Shown: one piece after another, positions 51,400 to 62,008 of the stretch
Layout: each line of letters begins with the position of its first letter
Numbering within the stretch: position 1 is the first letter of the stretch
Source of the DNA: an uncultured Alphaproteobacteria bacterium
GTDB lineage: Bacteria > Pseudomonadota > Alphaproteobacteria > Thalassobaculales > Thalassobaculaceae
Direction of reading: 5' to 3'
Length of the DNA stretch: 64,000 nucleotides
Assembly (NCBI GenBank): GCA_902589475.1
Contig: CACITD010000007.1
Span: 1,981 to 65,980, forward strand
Notes under the pieces: model-generated
What the model saw: the letters and a program-made list of their open reading frames with translations, nothing else
The model's database searches: none
What the model was told of the DNA's origin: nothing
Program-made: the position numbers and the translations under genes

Positions 51400-51882
51400 T
51401 CATGTTTCCCTTAGGCTGATTTTCTTAAAATCAGCCTTGTTCAATTCATAAATTAAATTGGAATGATCCTGAGTAAATCCGAGTTTTTCATAAAATTTGC
51501 GTGCCTCATTAAAAGATCGAACCTCTAGGTCTATTCTAGCGCAATCATTTTTTTTTGCTTCCTTTGCTAGGTAGCTCAGGAGGTGACGTCCCACACCACT
51601 GCGCCGACTAGACTTTGACACTATTATATCGTGTAGGTTCAGAATTTTACGTCCGGCCCAACTACTGTAGGTAAAAAAATACACAGCTACCCCAACTGTC
51701 TTGCCAGCATCGTGAGCTAAAATTGCGTGAAATTTTGGGTTTGAACCGAAACCGTCACGGCGGATATCTGTGGGAGTGGCTTGCACCTTTTCCTTAAAAC
51801 CAAGATAATCAGCAAGCTCCAATATAAAAGTGTGAATAGTGTCGCAATCTTCTATGGTTCCTGGTCTTACCTGTATATTCAT
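51400..51882 (-). CDS. GNAT family N-acetyltransferase
   Basis: Acetyl-CoA motif A, IVSKSSRRSGVGRHLLSYLAKEA. 160 aa. Confidence 0.85.
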   Translation of the reverse strand: MNIQVRPGTIEDCDTIHTFILELADYLGFKEKVQATPTDIRRDGFGSNPKFHAILAHDAGKTVGVAVYFFTYSSWAGRKILNLHDIIVSKSSRRSGVGRHLLSYLAKEAKKNDCARIDLEVRSFNEARKFYEKLGFTQDHSNLIYELNKADFKKISLRET

Positions 51883-52104
51883 GTCTGCACATTCTTCGTA
51901 AAGTTATTTAATAAGTTCTACTATGAGAGTAAAAACAAAAATCGTTAGTAATGTTGTATTGAATTCAGACGAAATTTAATATTGGAGTTATTCAAAAGTT
52001 ATATTTTGAACTCTTATAGTATGAATTTTTCAACGACTCATATACTAACAAATAAGATACATAAATTTTAAAAAATTTACTAACAGGCTGGGATGATCGC
52101 ATAG

Positions 52105-54408
52105 ATGCCAAGCTTAAACTTCAGTGATGAATCAAATTCTAAGAATGCTGGCAATACGTCTAACGCGGCATATTTGCAAGGATTGAATTCAAAACAACTA
52201 GAGGCTGTGGAGGCAGTTGACGGCGCCGTACTCGTCCTAGCAGGCGCAGGCACTGGAAAAACACGGGTTTTAACAGCAAGGCTTGCTCATCTTATTGCCC
52301 AGAAAGTAGCCAAGCCGTGGTCAATCTTAGCAGTAACTTTTACGAATAAAGCTGCCAGGGAGATGCGTGACCGGGTCACAAGCATTATTGGTCCGATGGC
52401 GGAACAAGTGTGGCTAGGTACTTTTCACTCTTTGGGAGCGCGTATACTGAGACGTCACGCGGAGCTTGTAAACCTGAAACCTAATTTTACAATTCTAGAC
52501 ACTGATGATCAGATCAGGCTCATTAAGCAAATAATGCAGGCTGAGAATTTAGATGAAAAAAAGTGGCCGCCAAGAGTTTTATCTGGAGTTATTCAGAGAT
52601 GGAAAGACCGGGGGCTTACGCCAGAAAAAGTAAGTGATGATGAGGCTAAACAGTACTCTGATGTGAAATTAGCAGAAATTTATAGTCAGTATCAGGACCG
52701 GCTTTCTGTTCTGAATGCAGCGGACTTTGGAGATTTATTATTGCACTGCCTGACTATTTTTCAACAAAACCCTGATGTTTTAAGGGAGTATCAGAACCGC
52801 CTAACCCACTTACTAGTTGATGAATATCAAGACACAAACGTAGCTCAATACTTATGGTTACGTTTTTTGGCACAAGGTAGACAAAATATCTGCTGTGTAG
52901 GTGACGATGATCAATCAATATATGGCTGGCGCGGTGCTGAGGTTGGTAATATTCTCCGTTTTGAGAACGATTTTCCTGGATCCAAAGTTATCCGTCTTGA
53001 GCAAAATTACAGGTCGACTTCGAGAGTTTTAACAGCAGCTTCAGGATTGATAGCGCATAACGAAGATCGATTAGGAAAAACCCTTTGGACGGACGGAAAT
53101 GATGGGGATAAAATTATCGTCAGAGGTGTATGGGATGGAGAAGCAGAGGCGCGAACAGTTGGTGATCAGGTGGAGACATATCAACGAAAAGGTGTCTCAC
53201 TTAACGAGATGGCCATACTAGTTAGGGCCAGTTTCCAAACAAGAGAATTCGAAGAAAGATTTCTAACGCTAGGTGTCCCGTACCAGGTCATAGGGGGTGC
53301 AAGATTTTATGAGCGTATGGAAATTCGTGACGCTATAGCTTACTTGCGTGTGATATATCAGCCGGACGACGACTTAGCATTGGAGCGAATACTCAATAAG
53401 CCGAAGCGTGGTATTGGTCTTGCCTCGCTCCAATCAATCCACCATCTTGCTCGGTTAGAATCTATATCCTTGTGGCTGGCGATTGCCAAAATAATTGATA
53501 CCGATGAACTGAGGCCTGCAGCTCGAAAAAGTCTAACTAAATTGATTGATGATTTTAACAGGTGGCGCTCAATGCTTGATCATAGTGATCACATAGAACT
53601 GGCTGGTACTGTTCTCGATGAATCTGGTTATACGGAGATGTTATTAAAGGATAAATCGCCCGAAGCACCAGGTCGACTAGAAAATTTGAAAGAGCTTGTA
53701 AGCGCTCTCGAAGAATTTGAAGGGTTAAGTCAATTTCTAGAGCATATTAGCCTTGTCATGGAAAATGCAGAGGATGATACGACGGAACAAATAAGTTTAA
53801 TGACACTTCATGCCGCTAAGGGTCTTGAATTTGACAAGGTATTTCTTCCTGGTTGGGAGGAAGGTGTTTTCCCAAACCAAAGATCATTGGATGAGAGCGG
53901 TGCAAAGGGTTTAGAAGAGGAAAGGAGGTTAGCTTATGTTGGTTTAACCCGCGCACGAGAGACAGTAGAGATAAGTTTTGCTGCAAATCGAAGGGTTTAT
54001 GGTAATTGGCAGAGTTCCATTCCGTCGCGATTTGTATCGGAAATTCCCGAAAGTGAAATAGAGCAATTTGATGAAATGGGTTTATCGGGCGATTTTTTTG
54101 GTGGAATAGTTCAATCTGAAACTTGGGGTCAGGATGATTTCTTCGGTCAAACGCACCTGCAGCGTAAGAAAGATCGTCAGTCTTTAAGTGTAAAGTCTGC
54201 AACTCCTTTAAACACCAAGATTGCACTGGAGGATAGATCCCGTAACGACGTCACTGTCGACGAAACTTTTTTTGCACCCGGTGATCGGGTGTTTCATCAA
54301 AAATTTGGGATGGGTACTGTAAAACGTTCAGACGGTGACAAACTAGAAATTGGTTTTGATAAAGCTGGCGAGAAAAAAGTTATTTCAAGGTTTGTTAGGC
54401 AGCTATGA
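52105..54408 (+). CDS. uvrD: ATP-dependent DNA helicase, UvrD/PcrA family (SF1)
   Basis: AGAGTGKTRVL (motif I), VDEYQDTN (motif II), QNYRS, LMTLHAAKGLEFD, YVGLTRAR. 767 aa. Confidence 0.93.
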   Translation: MPSLNFSDESNSKNAGNTSNAAYLQGLNSKQLEAVEAVDGAVLVLAGAGTGKTRVLTARLAHLIAQKVAKPWSILAVTFTNKAAREMRDRVTSIIGPMAEQVWLGTFHSLGARILRRHAELVNLKPNFTILDTDDQIRLIKQIMQAENLDEKKWPPRVLSGVIQRWKDRGLTPEKVSDDEAKQYSDVKLAEIYSQYQDRLSVLNAADFGDLLLHCLTIFQQNPDVLREYQNRLTHLLVDEYQDTNVAQYLWLRFLAQGRQNICCVGDDDQSIYGWRGAEVGNILRFENDFPGSKVIRLEQNYRSTSRVLTAASGLIAHNEDRLGKTLWTDGNDGDKIIVRGVWDGEAEARTVGDQVETYQRKGVSLNEMAILVRASFQTREFEERFLTLGVPYQVIGGARFYERMEIRDAIAYLRVIYQPDDDLALERILNKPKRGIGLASLQSIHHLARLESISLWLAIAKIIDTDELRPAARKSLTKLIDDFNRWRSMLDHSDHIELAGTVLDESGYTEMLLKDKSPEAPGRLENLKELVSALEEFEGLSQFLEHISLVMENAEDDTTEQISLMTLHAAKGLEFDKVFLPGWEEGVFPNQRSLDESGAKGLEEERRLAYVGLTRARETVEISFAANRRVYGNWQSSIPSRFVSEIPESEIEQFDEMGLSGDFFGGIVQSETWGQDDFFGQTHLQRKKDRQSLSVKSATPLNTKIALEDRSRNDVTVDETFFAPGDRVFHQKFGMGTVKRSDGDKLEIGFDKAGEKKVISRFVRQL

Positions 54409-55286
54409 ACAAGCGCTTACAAGTAAATATTAAAGTGCCTCAAAAAGATGTAAACATTGTTTCTGAAAGACTAGAGTTTTGTACTGATGCAATTTCAACA
54501 TTTGAATCGAGTGGGACAGAATTTTGGGAAATTAACGGGATTTCAAAAACAACTTCTGATGAGGACGAGGTAAACGCAGTTGTAAGAGAATTGGTGCAAC
54601 AACTTAATCTTCAGCCTACAGATTTCAGTATTGAAATGTTACCAGATCGAGATTGGTTAGCTGAAAATAGAATGTCATTTCCCCGTTTGTATTACGGCCG
54701 GTTTTTGATACACGGCTCGCATAATAGGCCAAAAACCGCAAATGGACATTTAAATATAGAGTTAGAGGCAGGTAGAGCCTTTGGGTCAGGGAGCCACGAA
54801 AGCACAGCAGGTTGCTTGTTATCGCTCTTACATTTATTTAAAATCATTTCACCTAAAAGGATTATGGATCTTGGTTGCGGGTCAGGAATTCTCTCAATAG
54901 CGTCTGTAAAACTTTGGCCTTCGGCTAAGACCCTGGCACTGGATATAGACTATGACGCGGTCAAAACAACTTTGGAAAACATCAAGGTTAATAAGGTATG
55001 GCGGCAGGTTAGATGCAAACACAGCAATGGATTTCCTAGGGCTCGGCCCGGAACGAGAAAAAAATACGATCTTATAGTGGCAAATATTTTGGCAAAGCCG
55101 CTGGTCGCTCTCGCGCCTCACTCTTCTAGTTTCCTGCGGAGTGGAGGTCATATAGTTTTGAGTGGTCTTTTGAAAACCCAAGAAAGAGAGATTTTAGCAG
55201 TATATAATTCTCTTGGATTTAGAGTAGTATCACGGAAGAGATTGAAGGAGTGGAGCACTTTCATTCTCAAATATAAGAGGACTTAA
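54405..55286 (+). CDS. prmA: ribosomal protein L11 methyltransferase
   Basis: AFGSGSHESTAGCL and DLGCGSGILSIA are PrmA signatures. ATGA overlap with uvrD. Confidence 0.83.
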   Translation: MNKRLQVNIKVPQKDVNIVSERLEFCTDAISTFESSGTEFWEINGISKTTSDEDEVNAVVRELVQQLNLQPTDFSIEMLPDRDWLAENRMSFPRLYYGRFLIHGSHNRPKTANGHLNIELEAGRAFGSGSHESTAGCLLSLLHLFKIISPKRIMDLGCGSGILSIASVKLWPSAKTLALDIDYDAVKTTLENIKVNKVWRQVRCKHSNGFPRARPGTRKKYDLIVANILAKPLVALAPHSSSFLRSGGHIVLSGLLKTQEREILAVYNSLGFRVVSRKRLKEWSTFILKYKRT

Positions 55287-55349
55287 ATTATCGTGTCCCT
55301 AATTAAAAGAGTGATATTGATATACGATTGAGAAAAGGTAAAAGATTGG

Positions 55350-57404
55350 ATGTTGGGGGAAGAACAAACTTACGCTTTGAAAAATCAAAAGCCGTCATTA
55401 GACGAGTTATCAGACGAACTAAATGAACTTCTGAAATTAAATAATATCTCAAAGTCTCTTTCCGACATTCTTTCTATCATCGACGGGGTAAATGCGTCAG
55501 CTTTGCCTCAAACTGATACTAGTTGGATGTCGATGGTCTTACATCCAATGCCCTCCGAACTGGGGAAAAAGCTCAGTGCAATGCGAAAGAACAGATTTCT
55601 GAGTTCTATCAAAAACACCACTGCCTCTAGTGAGGAGCGACTGGTTTCACTCCGAAAAATGATGGAAAAGCAAAATTTGCAGGGTTATTTAATCCCGAGG
55701 GCTGACGAATATCAGAGTGAATACTTACCAAAGTCTTCGCAGCGCCTTGCCTGGCTAACTGGCTTTGATGGTTCAGCTGGCTTCGCGATTGTACTAAAGC
55801 AACGGGCAGCAATCTTTACGGATGGACGCTATACACTTCAGATAAGAGACCAGGTAGATGAGAAACATTTTGAAATATATAATACTGCAGAAATGCTACC
55901 TCTAGACTGGTTAGAATCCAATTTGAGTAAAAATGATTGTATTGGTTTTGATCCCTGGCTTCACACGTGTGATGAAGTAATAAAAATTTCTACCTTACTC
56001 GCATCAAAAGATGCCAAAGCAATAAAGTTGTCTAAGAATTTGATCGATGAAATTTGGTTGGATAGACCTCCCGTTCCGTTAGGGCCCATTACTCCTCATC
56101 CTGAAATTTATGCAGGGGAAGCAGTTGCATCTAAATTTGACACCATTAACAATGAAATGATGAAGAATGAGGAGGACGTAGTAATAATATCGTCGCCAGA
56201 GTCGATTGCTTGGTTGTTGAACATAAGAGGTTCCGATGTTGCACGAACACCGTTGCCCTTGTCTTTTTTGATGTTGAATAAAGAAGGCCATGCAAAGCTA
56301 TTTGTAGACCAAAGAAAAATTATCGACGAAACACGAAATCATCTTGGAAATGCAGTGTCAATTTTACCAATTAAGGAGTTTGGCTCCGAGTTAAATATCT
56401 TGGCACGTGGCAGTAAAAAAATACGCTTAGACCCAAAGACGTGCCCGGCTTGGGTCGCAGAGAAATTTAATTCCTCATCTATAAGTATAGTCCACGGAGA
56501 TGATCCAACACTGATACCAAAAGCAAAGAAAAACAAGGTGGAACTCGCAGGGACGCGTGCTGCTCATATCCGCGATGGGGCCGCTTTTGTTAGGTTTCTA
56601 CACTGGTTCTCACTTAATTCAAAACAAGGGCAATTGGATGAAATGAATGCGGCTACAAAATTGCAAAATTTCCGCGAAAAAGATCCACTCTTCAAGGACC
56701 TTAGTTTCGATACGATTTCAGGTTCTGGCCCTAACGGTGCGATAGTGCATTATCGTGTAACGGAAGAGTCAAATAGGACTATTGAGTTGGGAGATTTATA
56801 CCTGGTTGATTCTGGCGCCCAATATTTAGATGGGACTACAGATATCACCAGAACGATAGCAGTCGGTGATGCTGGTGACGAAGCAAAAAATTATTTTACG
56901 CGAGTTCTGAAGGGTCACATCGCGATAGCATCAAGCAAATTCCCCGTTGGCACAAACGGGTCACAGTTGGATGCGCTCGCTAGGGCACCTCTCTGGGCTA
57001 TTGGTGCAGATTATGATCATGGAACTGGTCACGGTGTTGGTTCATATCTAGGGGTACATGAGGGACCACAACGTATATCGAAACTACCTAACTCAGTGTC
57101 GTTGCAACCTGGCATGATAGTTTCCAATGAACCGGGGTATTATAAATCGGGCGCGTACGGCATCAGATTGGAAAATCTCTTGGTGGTTCAGTCAGAAATA
57201 ATTCCCAATTCAGAACGCGCAATGCTAAGTTTTGAGACAATAACATTGGCTCCGTTCGACAGGAGCATGATCCTTAACGAATTACTGGAGGATCATGAAA
57301 AAAGTTGGCTTAATAATTATCATGCATGGGTTCGTAAAGAATTACTGCCTTTGTTAAATAATAATGATGGTGCATGGTTGATAGATGCTACTGAACCACT
57401 TTAG
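55350..57404 (+). CDS. aminopeptidase P family protein (M24B Xaa-Pro aminopeptidase) with an approximately 80-aa N-terminal extension
   Basis: ERLVSLRKMMEKQNLQGYLIPRADEYQSEYL, and metal ligands in DSGAQY...DITRT, HGTGHGVG, SNEPGYY, RLENL. An alternative internal start at the ATG at 55581 would remove the extension. Confidence 0.87.
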   Translation: MLGEEQTYALKNQKPSLDELSDELNELLKLNNISKSLSDILSIIDGVNASALPQTDTSWMSMVLHPMPSELGKKLSAMRKNRFLSSIKNTTASSEERLVSLRKMMEKQNLQGYLIPRADEYQSEYLPKSSQRLAWLTGFDGSAGFAIVLKQRAAIFTDGRYTLQIRDQVDEKHFEIYNTAEMLPLDWLESNLSKNDCIGFDPWLHTCDEVIKISTLLASKDAKAIKLSKNLIDEIWLDRPPVPLGPITPHPEIYAGEAVASKFDTINNEMMKNEEDVVIISSPESIAWLLNIRGSDVARTPLPLSFLMLNKEGHAKLFVDQRKIIDETRNHLGNAVSILPIKEFGSELNILARGSKKIRLDPKTCPAWVAEKFNSSSISIVHGDDPTLIPKAKKNKVELAGTRAAHIRDGAAFVRFLHWFSLNSKQGQLDEMNAATKLQNFREKDPLFKDLSFDTISGSGPNGAIVHYRVTEESNRTIELGDLYLVDSGAQYLDGTTDITRTIAVGDAGDEAKNYFTRVLKGHIAIASSKFPVGTNGSQLDALARAPLWAIGADYDHGTGHGVGSYLGVHEGPQRISKLPNSVSLQPGMIVSNEPGYYKSGAYGIRLENLLVVQSEIIPNSERAMLSFETITLAPFDRSMILNELLEDHEKSWLNNYHAWVRKELLPLLNNNDGAWLIDATEPL

Positions 57405-57432
57405 CCAGATTAGTTATGGACTGGAACATTTA

Positions 57433-58221
57433 ATGATATATGAAACTATTAAATACGCTGTAAATGACGGGGTGGCAAAAATTGAATTTAACAGACCAGA
57501 CGCCGGAAACTCCATAAATAGAAAATTTGCCCACGAATTTATGGATGTTGCTATAAAGTCGACCACTGATTCGAATGTTAGATGCATTGTGATAGGGGCA
57601 GCTGGCTCAATGTATAGTTTCGGCGGTGACCTAAAATTTTTTTCAACTGAAATGGACAAAATTGAAGGTACACTAATCGAATTAACAGCCGTTCTGCACC
57701 AGGGAATACAGCGCTTCCACAATTGTAAAATTCCAGTCATCATAGTGGTCGACGGGATGGCTGCTGGGGGAGGGTTCAGCTTGGCTTTATTTGCGGACAT
57801 CGTTTTTGCATCCCGATCATCGAAATTTACGATGGCATACACAAACGCCGGTTTATCGCCCGACGGGAGCTCTTCATATTATCTTCCTCGACTTGTTGGG
57901 CTCAGAAGGGCTCAGGAATTAATGCTTACGAATAGAGTTTTGTCTGCTGAGGAAGCGCAAGAATGGGGTATCGTTACCTACGTCTGCGATGGCGAGCAAT
58001 TGGATGGGGAAGTAGAAAAGTTGGCAAGCAGACTTGCTTCTGGGCCGACCAAAGCTTATGGAGCTGTAAAGCAATTACTGGCTCGCACTTATGATCAATC
58101 TTTGGAAGTTCAACTAGAGCAAGAGTCACGATTAATTGCTGAGATGGCTGACTCAAAAGATGGACGAGAAGGACTTGATGCTTTTCTTAACAAGCGGAAA
58201 CCGAATTTTAAGGGCCATTAA
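57433..58221 (+). CDS. enoyl-CoA hydratase/isomerase (crotonase) family protein
   Basis: VAKIEFNRPDAGNS, FGGDLKFF, VVDGMAAGGGFSLALFADI. Start set at the ATG at 57433. Confidence 0.85.
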   Translation: MIYETIKYAVNDGVAKIEFNRPDAGNSINRKFAHEFMDVAIKSTTDSNVRCIVIGAAGSMYSFGGDLKFFSTEMDKIEGTLIELTAVLHQGIQRFHNCKIPVIIVVDGMAAGGGFSLALFADIVFASRSSKFTMAYTNAGLSPDGSSSYYLPRLVGLRRAQELMLTNRVLSAEEAQEWGIVTYVCDGEQLDGEVEKLASRLASGPTKAYGAVKQLLARTYDQSLEVQLEQESRLIAEMADSKDGREGLDAFLNKRKPNFKGH

Positions 58222-58312
58222 AAGCGTTTAACTAGTGATAAAAAGATCTATACTCAGCAATAATAGCTCGTAATAAATAAGTATCCTTTTTTATCCCAAA
58301 CAAAAATTTTGG

Positions 58313-58903
58313 CTAACTCTTGATTGTAGATATGACAGCTCGCCAACCAAACTCATTAATGACTAAAGATGCGCACTTTGCTATGGTTTGGTGAATGATA
58401 AAATCCTCACAATCATATGTGTTCCGAGCTTGCGAAGCCGTTATAAATTGCCCAACAAATTTGCCATTCAGTGTTAGCGGGCTGTAAATAGCGGAGCCCA
58501 TTCGAGCCGTTTTGAGAATTTGTTCGAAGTTCGAGTGTTCGTCTGTATTTGCTAACAATAGTGGCTTTTCATTTTTAACTACCCATCCCGGGTGACCGAG
58601 ATTATCGGGAATAACAAGTCTGTGTTGTTCTGCAGGAAATCCTATTTCCGCTAGTAAGACACTCTTCTGATCATTTTTTAGATGCATGAAAAAACCAGCA
58701 ACAGTGAATTGTTGTTCACCGTTTTTCAGACTCCCAGGTTTCTCTGATGCTCTCATGTCGCCTAACTGTGATGCGGCTAGCATGCTAAATTTTGTTAGTT
58801 TTGTCTCAAGAATTTTATTATCCTCGCAGTTATATAAAATACTGTTCAGCTTTTCGAGAATTCGATAGACGTTCTTTTTTGTAAGTGTTGTTGAGCTTTT
58901 CAT
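58313..58903 (-). CDS. stand-alone GAF domain protein
   Basis: GAF-like C-terminal pattern MGSAIYSPLTLNGKFVGQFITASQARNTYDCEDFIIHQTIAKCASLVI. No output domain. Confidence 0.55.
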   Translation of the reverse strand: MKSSTTLTKKNVYRILEKLNSILYNCEDNKILETKLTKFSMLAASQLGDMRASEKPGSLKNGEQQFTVAGFFMHLKNDQKSVLLAEIGFPAEQHRLVIPDNLGHPGWVVKNEKPLLLANTDEHSNFEQILKTARMGSAIYSPLTLNGKFVGQFITASQARNTYDCEDFIIHQTIAKCASLVINEFGWRAVISTIKS

Positions 58904-59105
58904 TGAGAATTCTTAAGAGACTATGATTCTGTTTAACTTATCATCCAACTGTGTCTAAGAGAATTGAAAATTGAATTCAGAATGTGTTGTTAATTTAAAA
59001 TTTTGATTGTAGTTCGCTCCATATTGTAAATATTCCTACATATCAGTAGCTTGTATTTGTAGAAGGCTATAACTTTAAAACAATGCAAATTCTTGATGGG
59101 AAAAA

Positions 59106-60188
59106 ATGTCTATGAAAAATTCATTGAAGTTTGGGTTTACCGCTGTAGCTGCCTCAACCGGGAATGATACGGGTGACGATAAATCTCGATATAACCAAAT
59201 GATAAAAGATTGTCGACTTGGTTATGAGCTTGGATTTGATTGTGCATGGGTTTTGGAACATCATTTTACTGACTATTTCCCAACTCCGAGCCCCCTTATT
59301 CTCATGTCACATTTAGCTGCAGCGTTTCCTGGAATATCTTTAGGGTCATGTGTACTTGTCGTTCCTTGGTATAACCCGTTGAGATTAGCTGAAGAAATTT
59401 CCATGCTAAGTCACTTATGCGCCGGTGAATTACATTTAGCGTTTGGTAGAGGCACGGCCAAATTGGAATATGACGCCTATGATATTGATATGTCCTCTGC
59501 AAAAGACAGATTTAAAGAAGCCATTACACTAATAGACAAAGGGCTCTCGGGTGAAGCCATTGAACATAGCGGAGAGCACTACAATGTTGGTAGGCGGGTT
59601 AAGATTAGACCGACCCCCAATCGGGAGAAGATCTTTTTTTATGGTGCCGTTGGAAGCAGAGAGAGTGCCGCAGGAAACGCAGATATGGGTATGCCGATCC
59701 TGCTCAACACTCAATTTCCGCCGCATATGCTAAAAAAGGTTACAGAAGGTTGGCAGGAGAGAGCTGATCATATAGGTCTTTCTGTCCCCGGAGATCGACC
59801 AATTTCGACGAACTGTGTCGTGGCTGATAGTGACGAAGAGGCAAGGGAGACAGCTAGAGGTTACATGGCTAAATTTTTTGAACTTCAGGCAGATCATTAC
59901 GAAGCAGACGCAGACCACTGGAAAGGTATTGAGGGATACAAGCAATTTTCCAAGACTTTTGGTAACCTGAGGAAAATGGCGGATCCTGCAAACCTTGATG
60001 GCTTCCTTGATAATCAATTGGTGGGCTGCCCAAAAACAATTTCAGGTAAATTGGAAGAATATAGGGATTTGGGGTTCAATCATTTCATTTTAAATTGCGC
60101 AAGGGAAGGATGGCCTAGACATCTTAGAGAGATTAGCATGACCCGATTTGCCACAGAAATAGCGCCAGCGTTCAAAACGGCCGCCTGA
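59106..60188 (+). CDS. LLM class (bacterial luciferase-like) flavin-dependent oxidoreductase
   Basis: GFDCAWVLEHHFTDYFPTPSPLILMSHLAA...LGSCVLVVPWYNPLRLAEEISMLSHL...FGRGTA. 360 aa. Confidence 0.85.
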   Translation: MSMKNSLKFGFTAVAASTGNDTGDDKSRYNQMIKDCRLGYELGFDCAWVLEHHFTDYFPTPSPLILMSHLAAAFPGISLGSCVLVVPWYNPLRLAEEISMLSHLCAGELHLAFGRGTAKLEYDAYDIDMSSAKDRFKEAITLIDKGLSGEAIEHSGEHYNVGRRVKIRPTPNREKIFFYGAVGSRESAAGNADMGMPILLNTQFPPHMLKKVTEGWQERADHIGLSVPGDRPISTNCVVADSDEEARETARGYMAKFFELQADHYEADADHWKGIEGYKQFSKTFGNLRKMADPANLDGFLDNQLVGCPKTISGKLEEYRDLGFNHFILNCAREGWPRHLREISMTRFATEIAPAFKTAA

Positions 60189-60280
60189 ACTAATAAACTA
60201 ATGTTTAATTTTCAAGTTTATGTTCTGAAAGAGATCGAAGAAGCTAACTCAATTCTATCAAAATCGCCTGGAGATAAAGT

Positions 60281-61150
60281 ATGAAATTAGGTTTGTCTTT
60301 TCCTCAAACTGAGATTGGTACTGACCCAATTGTTATAAAAGATTTTCTCCAAGCAGCCGAAGGGCTTGGTTACGATTTTGTTACTTTTGTTGATCATGTG
60401 TTGGGTGAGGAAGCGCCTCGTGGGGCCACTTTTGCGAATAAATACACCCGTGATTATATGTTTCATGAGGTCATGGTACTCATGGGGTACGCGGCAGCCG
60501 TTACCCAAAAAATTGGGCTAGGCACAGCCGTCATGATTCTTCCGCAAAGACAAGCGGTACTAGTTGCTAAACAGGCAGCGGAAATTGATATTCTATCTGG
60601 CGGTCGCTTGCGATTAGGTGTGGGACTAGGCTGGAATAAAGTAGAGTACGATGCACTTGGTATGACTTTTGGTAATCGCGCTAAGAGGTTTGGCGAGCAA
60701 ATAGACGTTATGAGAAAACTTTGGTCAAATAGAACTGTCGAGTATAATGGGGAGTTTCATAAGTTTGAAAGTGCAGGCATAAATCCGGAACCTGTGCAAA
60801 GGCCAATACCAGTTTGGATTGGCGCAATGAAAGAAGTCGCTGTTCGCAGAGCCGCGGCTGTAGGGGACGGCTGGTTCATGTTCCCTCGTCAAGATCCAAG
60901 TGATGAGGCACAAAAAATGATCTCTGTTTTTCGTCAATCAGCAGCAGAGGCTGGCAAAGAACCGGATGATCTTGGAATAAACGCAACAGTATTTGCAAAT
61001 CAGGGAGCTGGGCCTGGTGAGTGGAGAGAGGTTATGAACGAATGGGAAAATATGGGGGCAAATGAATTTACCTTTCGTACTGCAGAGTCTGGCTTAAAAA
61101 ATCTTGATGAACATTTGCAGGCAATACAAAGGATGGCTGGGGAAAGGTGA
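60281..61150 (+). CDS. LLM class oxidoreductase (F420-dependent-type subfamily, tentative)
   Basis: GYDFVTFVDHVLG...LGTAVMILPQRQAVLVAKQAAEIDILSGGRLRLGVGLGWNKVEYDALG. 289 aa. GGAG lies upstream. Confidence 0.78.
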   Translation: MKLGLSFPQTEIGTDPIVIKDFLQAAEGLGYDFVTFVDHVLGEEAPRGATFANKYTRDYMFHEVMVLMGYAAAVTQKIGLGTAVMILPQRQAVLVAKQAAEIDILSGGRLRLGVGLGWNKVEYDALGMTFGNRAKRFGEQIDVMRKLWSNRTVEYNGEFHKFESAGINPEPVQRPIPVWIGAMKEVAVRRAAAVGDGWFMFPRQDPSDEAQKMISVFRQSAAEAGKEPDDLGINATVFANQGAGPGEWREVMNEWENMGANEFTFRTAESGLKNLDEHLQAIQRMAGER

Positions 61151-61156
61151 ATTACT

Positions 61157-62008
61157 ATGGGTGAAAATTATTTAGATCACGTTGTTATAAATGTTAAGGA
61201 TGATATGGACCTAGCACAATTAGTCTTTTCAAACCTTGGGTTTACCTTAACGCCAAGGGGATATCATACTCTCGGTTCAATAAATCACCTGATGATGTTT
61301 GGTAGTGACTATATGGAGTTGATAGGCTTTCCCGAACATGGAGTAGCTGATAATCCAAATTCTCGCCCTGATCTTACTACTGCGCCCTTTGGTATAAATG
61401 GTTTGGTTTTTAAAAGTAGCGATGTGGACAAAACGTTTGAGAAATTAGTTGAACTAGAAATGGATGGTGATCCCCCCAAATCGTTTAGTAGGCCGGTCGA
61501 ATTAGATGGACGCAAAACCGATGCTAAATTTAGGACAGTAACTGTTAGGCCTGGGGTATTTCTGGAGGGGCGAGTTTATTTCTGTGAGCACGGTACCCCG
61601 GAACTCGTTTGGCGGCCGGAGTGGCAGAGCCACAGAAACGGCATAGAGGCAGTGAGCGAAATAGTTGTCGTGACCAGAGACCCCGTAAAATCTGCTGATC
61701 TTTATATCAAATTACTCGGGACTTCTTTAGTTAAAAAGTCTCTCGGTAAAAGTGTAGAGATCCCCGGGGGAGGCTGTATAACCGTTTACTCAGAAGATGA
61801 ATATCAGGAGCGGTATGGACAACTTGCTTCAGGTCTTGAGGGGAGGGATGCAATATTTGGTGCCTTGGTTTTCGAAACTGCCAAAGACATATTTAAGTTA
61901 GATATACAGGGCGCAAAGCATGTTGAAATGGAGAGAAAGGAAAGCAGCTTAGTTTTAAGAGTGCCGAAATATGACTCAGTTTTGGAAATCACTAAGTCCG
62001 GTGGTTGA
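61157..62008 (+). CDS. VOC (glyoxalase/dioxygenase-like) family protein, two-module
   Basis: LDHVVINVKDDMDLAQLVFSNLGFTLTPRGYHTLGSINHLMMFGSDYMELIGF is the Glyoxalase-like-domain pattern. 283 aa. Confidence 0.68.
   Translation: MGENYLDHVVINVKDDMDLAQLVFSNLGFTLTPRGYHTLGSINHLMMFGSDYMELIGFPEHGVADNPNSRPDLTTAPFGINGLVFKSSDVDKTFEKLVELEMDGDPPKSFSRPVELDGRKTDAKFRTVTVRPGVFLEGRVYFCEHGTPELVWRPEWQSHRNGIEAVSEIVVVTRDPVKSADLYIKLLGTSLVKKSLGKSVEIPGGGCITVYSEDEYQERYGQLASGLEGRDAIFGALVFETAKDIFKLDIQGAKHVEMERKESSLVLRVPKYDSVLEITKSGG

Noticed and set aside
51987-52011. GTTA-N7-GTTA direct repeat overlapping a TTCAAAA/TTTTGAA inverted repeat, about 95-120 nt upstream of uvrD. This could be a LexA (SOS) box of the alphaproteobacterial GTTC-N7-GTTC type.
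   Set aside because: Both half-sites deviate at the conserved final C, and the region is very AT-rich, so such repeats are expected by chance. A lexA- or recA-derived motif from the same genome would be needed before calling it.
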